A program made the position numbers and the translations under genes. Below are positions 7,321-8,712 of a stretch of DNA of 8,712 bases, piece after piece (position 1 is the first letter of the stretch; every line of letters starts with the position of its first letter). Source of the stretch: Octopus sinensis (lineage: Eukaryota); the NCBI RefSeq assembly GCF_006345805.1, contig NW_021828339.1, positions 1 to 8,712 of the forward strand. The letters run 5' to 3'. The notes beneath the pieces are model-generated. The model worked only from the letters and a program-made list of their open reading frames with translations, was not told the DNA's origin and ran no database searches.

Positions 7321-7485
7321 ATTTATATAATGCTTACAAGCAAAACATAAATTTGTTTATCGTAACAGTTGCAAGTGCAAAACATTATAAAAAAATACAA
7401 TGGAATACAAAATTGTATTTTCATTGATATCTTATGATCTTAAACATTTGCTTGCTGATTAAATAACTTGCTGCAATACACTGGC

Positions 7486-7596
7486 AAACACACACACACA
7501 AACAAACACACGTACACACTCACACGCACACGCACACAGAACACGTATGCATATGTACACAGTCTACAAGTTCATACAACATACGAACAAATATAC

Positions 7597-7636
<40 letters not shown>

Positions 7637-7720
7637 TATATATAATATATATAATATATATATATATGTATGTATGTATGTGTGTATGTATGTATGTATG
7701 TGTGTATATATACATATATG
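7486..7720. repeat. Compound (CA)n-(TA)n-(TATG)n microsatellite block
   Basis: Directly visible. Confidence 0.93.
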
Positions 7721-7868
7721 GTATATTTAAAATTCTAATAATATATTTTGAATGCGCAGCTATATATTTATGCTCTTTATGGACCGTTGTTTTTCGGTGC
7801 AAATCGAAGATTGGTAATCAATATCGCTTTTATGAAGAAAAAACTGTAATACTTAGAAGAATATTAAA

Positions 7869-7887
7869 ATAATGATAATAATAAATG

Positions 7888-7938
<51 letters not shown>

Positions 7939-7939
7939 T
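7869..7939. repeat. (TAA)n trinucleotide microsatellite
   Basis: Pure ATA run at about 7888-7938. Confidence 0.97.
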
Positions 7940-8149
7940 AGTGATAGTCTGTTTTTCTATCTATTATAAGGGTTCATTCATAGGAAAGAAAACGTTAAAA
8001 AATGGGGTTACAACATGGGGCTGGGTGGTGGAAGTGATGAAATTATGAATAAAGAGAACAAGGGAAGACGTAAGAACATTATACAATGAACATATTAAAA
8101 ATTTAATAAAGATTAAAGAGGTACAGGATGCTTATTCCGATGCAAAATT

Positions 8150-8372
8150 GTTTCTGATATAAGCACAAGGCGAGCAGTTTCGTGTGAGACGATTAATCGG
8201 ATAGCACCGATATTATCGACCCCATTACATGACTGGTTCTCATATTATCGAGTCTGGGACAATGAAATTGGGATTAAAGTTGAACTGCATGGCACGTGAC
8301 TTATGCGCGTAAAATCCGTGAGAGAAATAACGCAAGACATTTTTTTCGTTCCAGTTTAGAATTCTGTCAAAC
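8150..8372 (-). mobile_element. Highly degenerate SINE-like relic, probably the same family as 4368-4515
   Basis: Plus-strand ATCGACCCCATTACATGACTGGTTCTCATATTATCGA resembles ATGGACCCCAGTAC...TACTTATTCTATC in inverted copy C. The reverse complement contains TCAACTTT...TTTCAT, as in 4462-4478. The assignment relies partly on a recalled octopus SINE consensus. Confidence 0.45.
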
Positions 8373-8404
8373 CAAATGGCCTATTTAAAAATATTGTTAA
8401 GCAT

Positions 8405-8670
8405 TATAACGTGTAAGGACGCAAAGCTCACAATCTTGAGGTAGCGAGTTCGATTCCGGAACCTTACTGTGTGTTGTGTTCTTGAGCAAGACACTTTATT
8501 TCATGTCGCTCCAGTTCACTCAGCTGTGGAAAAGAGTTGTGATGTCCCTGGTGCCAAGCTTTGTGGACGTTTGCTTTTCCTTTGGACAACATCGGTGGCT
8601 TGGAGAGGAGAGGCTGGTATGCATTGGTGACGTCTGGTCTTTCATAAACAACCCTGTACGGACTTGTAAC
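8405..8670 (+). mobile_element. tRNA-derived SINE, family 4 (shared core, third distinct 3' body)
   Basis: Good B-box GAGTTCGATTCC (8446-8457), the 50-nt core at 8475-8524, then a GC-richer body (GGTGCCAAGCT...GGAGAGGAGAGGCTGGTATGCA...CATAAACAACC). The A-box is eroded and both ends are approximate. Confidence 0.75.
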
Positions 8671-8712
8671 TTGAAAGTTACTCTTCAAGAATAAGAAGAG
8701 TTACTCTCGAAC

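Noticed and set aside
7398-7426. 29-nt near-palindrome CAATGGAATACAAAATTGTATTTTCATTG
   Set aside because: It is short and AT-rich, so plausible by chance. It has no associated feature.
1-8712. CRISPR array, operon or other prokaryotic-type system
   Set aside because: There is no regular repeat-spacer array and no dense coding. The repeats are microsatellites and dispersed eukaryotic transposable elements.

Overview
AT-rich, microsatellite-dense eukaryotic DNA, most likely intronic or intergenic. No intact protein-coding gene is supported. The SINE families resemble octopus repeats as I recall them, so an octopod origin is an inference, not a database result. The window holds three copies of one tRNA-derived SINE family (402-798 +, 2544-2956 +, 3075-3443 -). 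Three other SINE-like elements share a 50-nt central core but have different 3' bodies (893-1150, 5742-6047, ~8405-8670), and there are two very degenerate SINE-like relics. A 5'-truncated, dead mariner transposon retains one TIR and its TA target (3520-~4025, -). There is also a 97-nt hairpin (5556-5652), a degenerate hammerhead-ribozyme-like motif typical of Penelope-like retroelements (6092-6119), and many (ATAC)n, (TA)n, (CA)n, (GA)n and (TAA)n tracts. Most ORFs in the supplied track are translations of microsatellites or SINEs. I see no convincing new multi-gene system. The best leads are RNA-level: a juxtaposed 3'/5' splice site on the minus strand (recursive splice site or 30-nt microexon, 5207-5345), a tail-to-tail inverted SINE pair that could form long dsRNA, the hairpin and the hammerhead-like relic.
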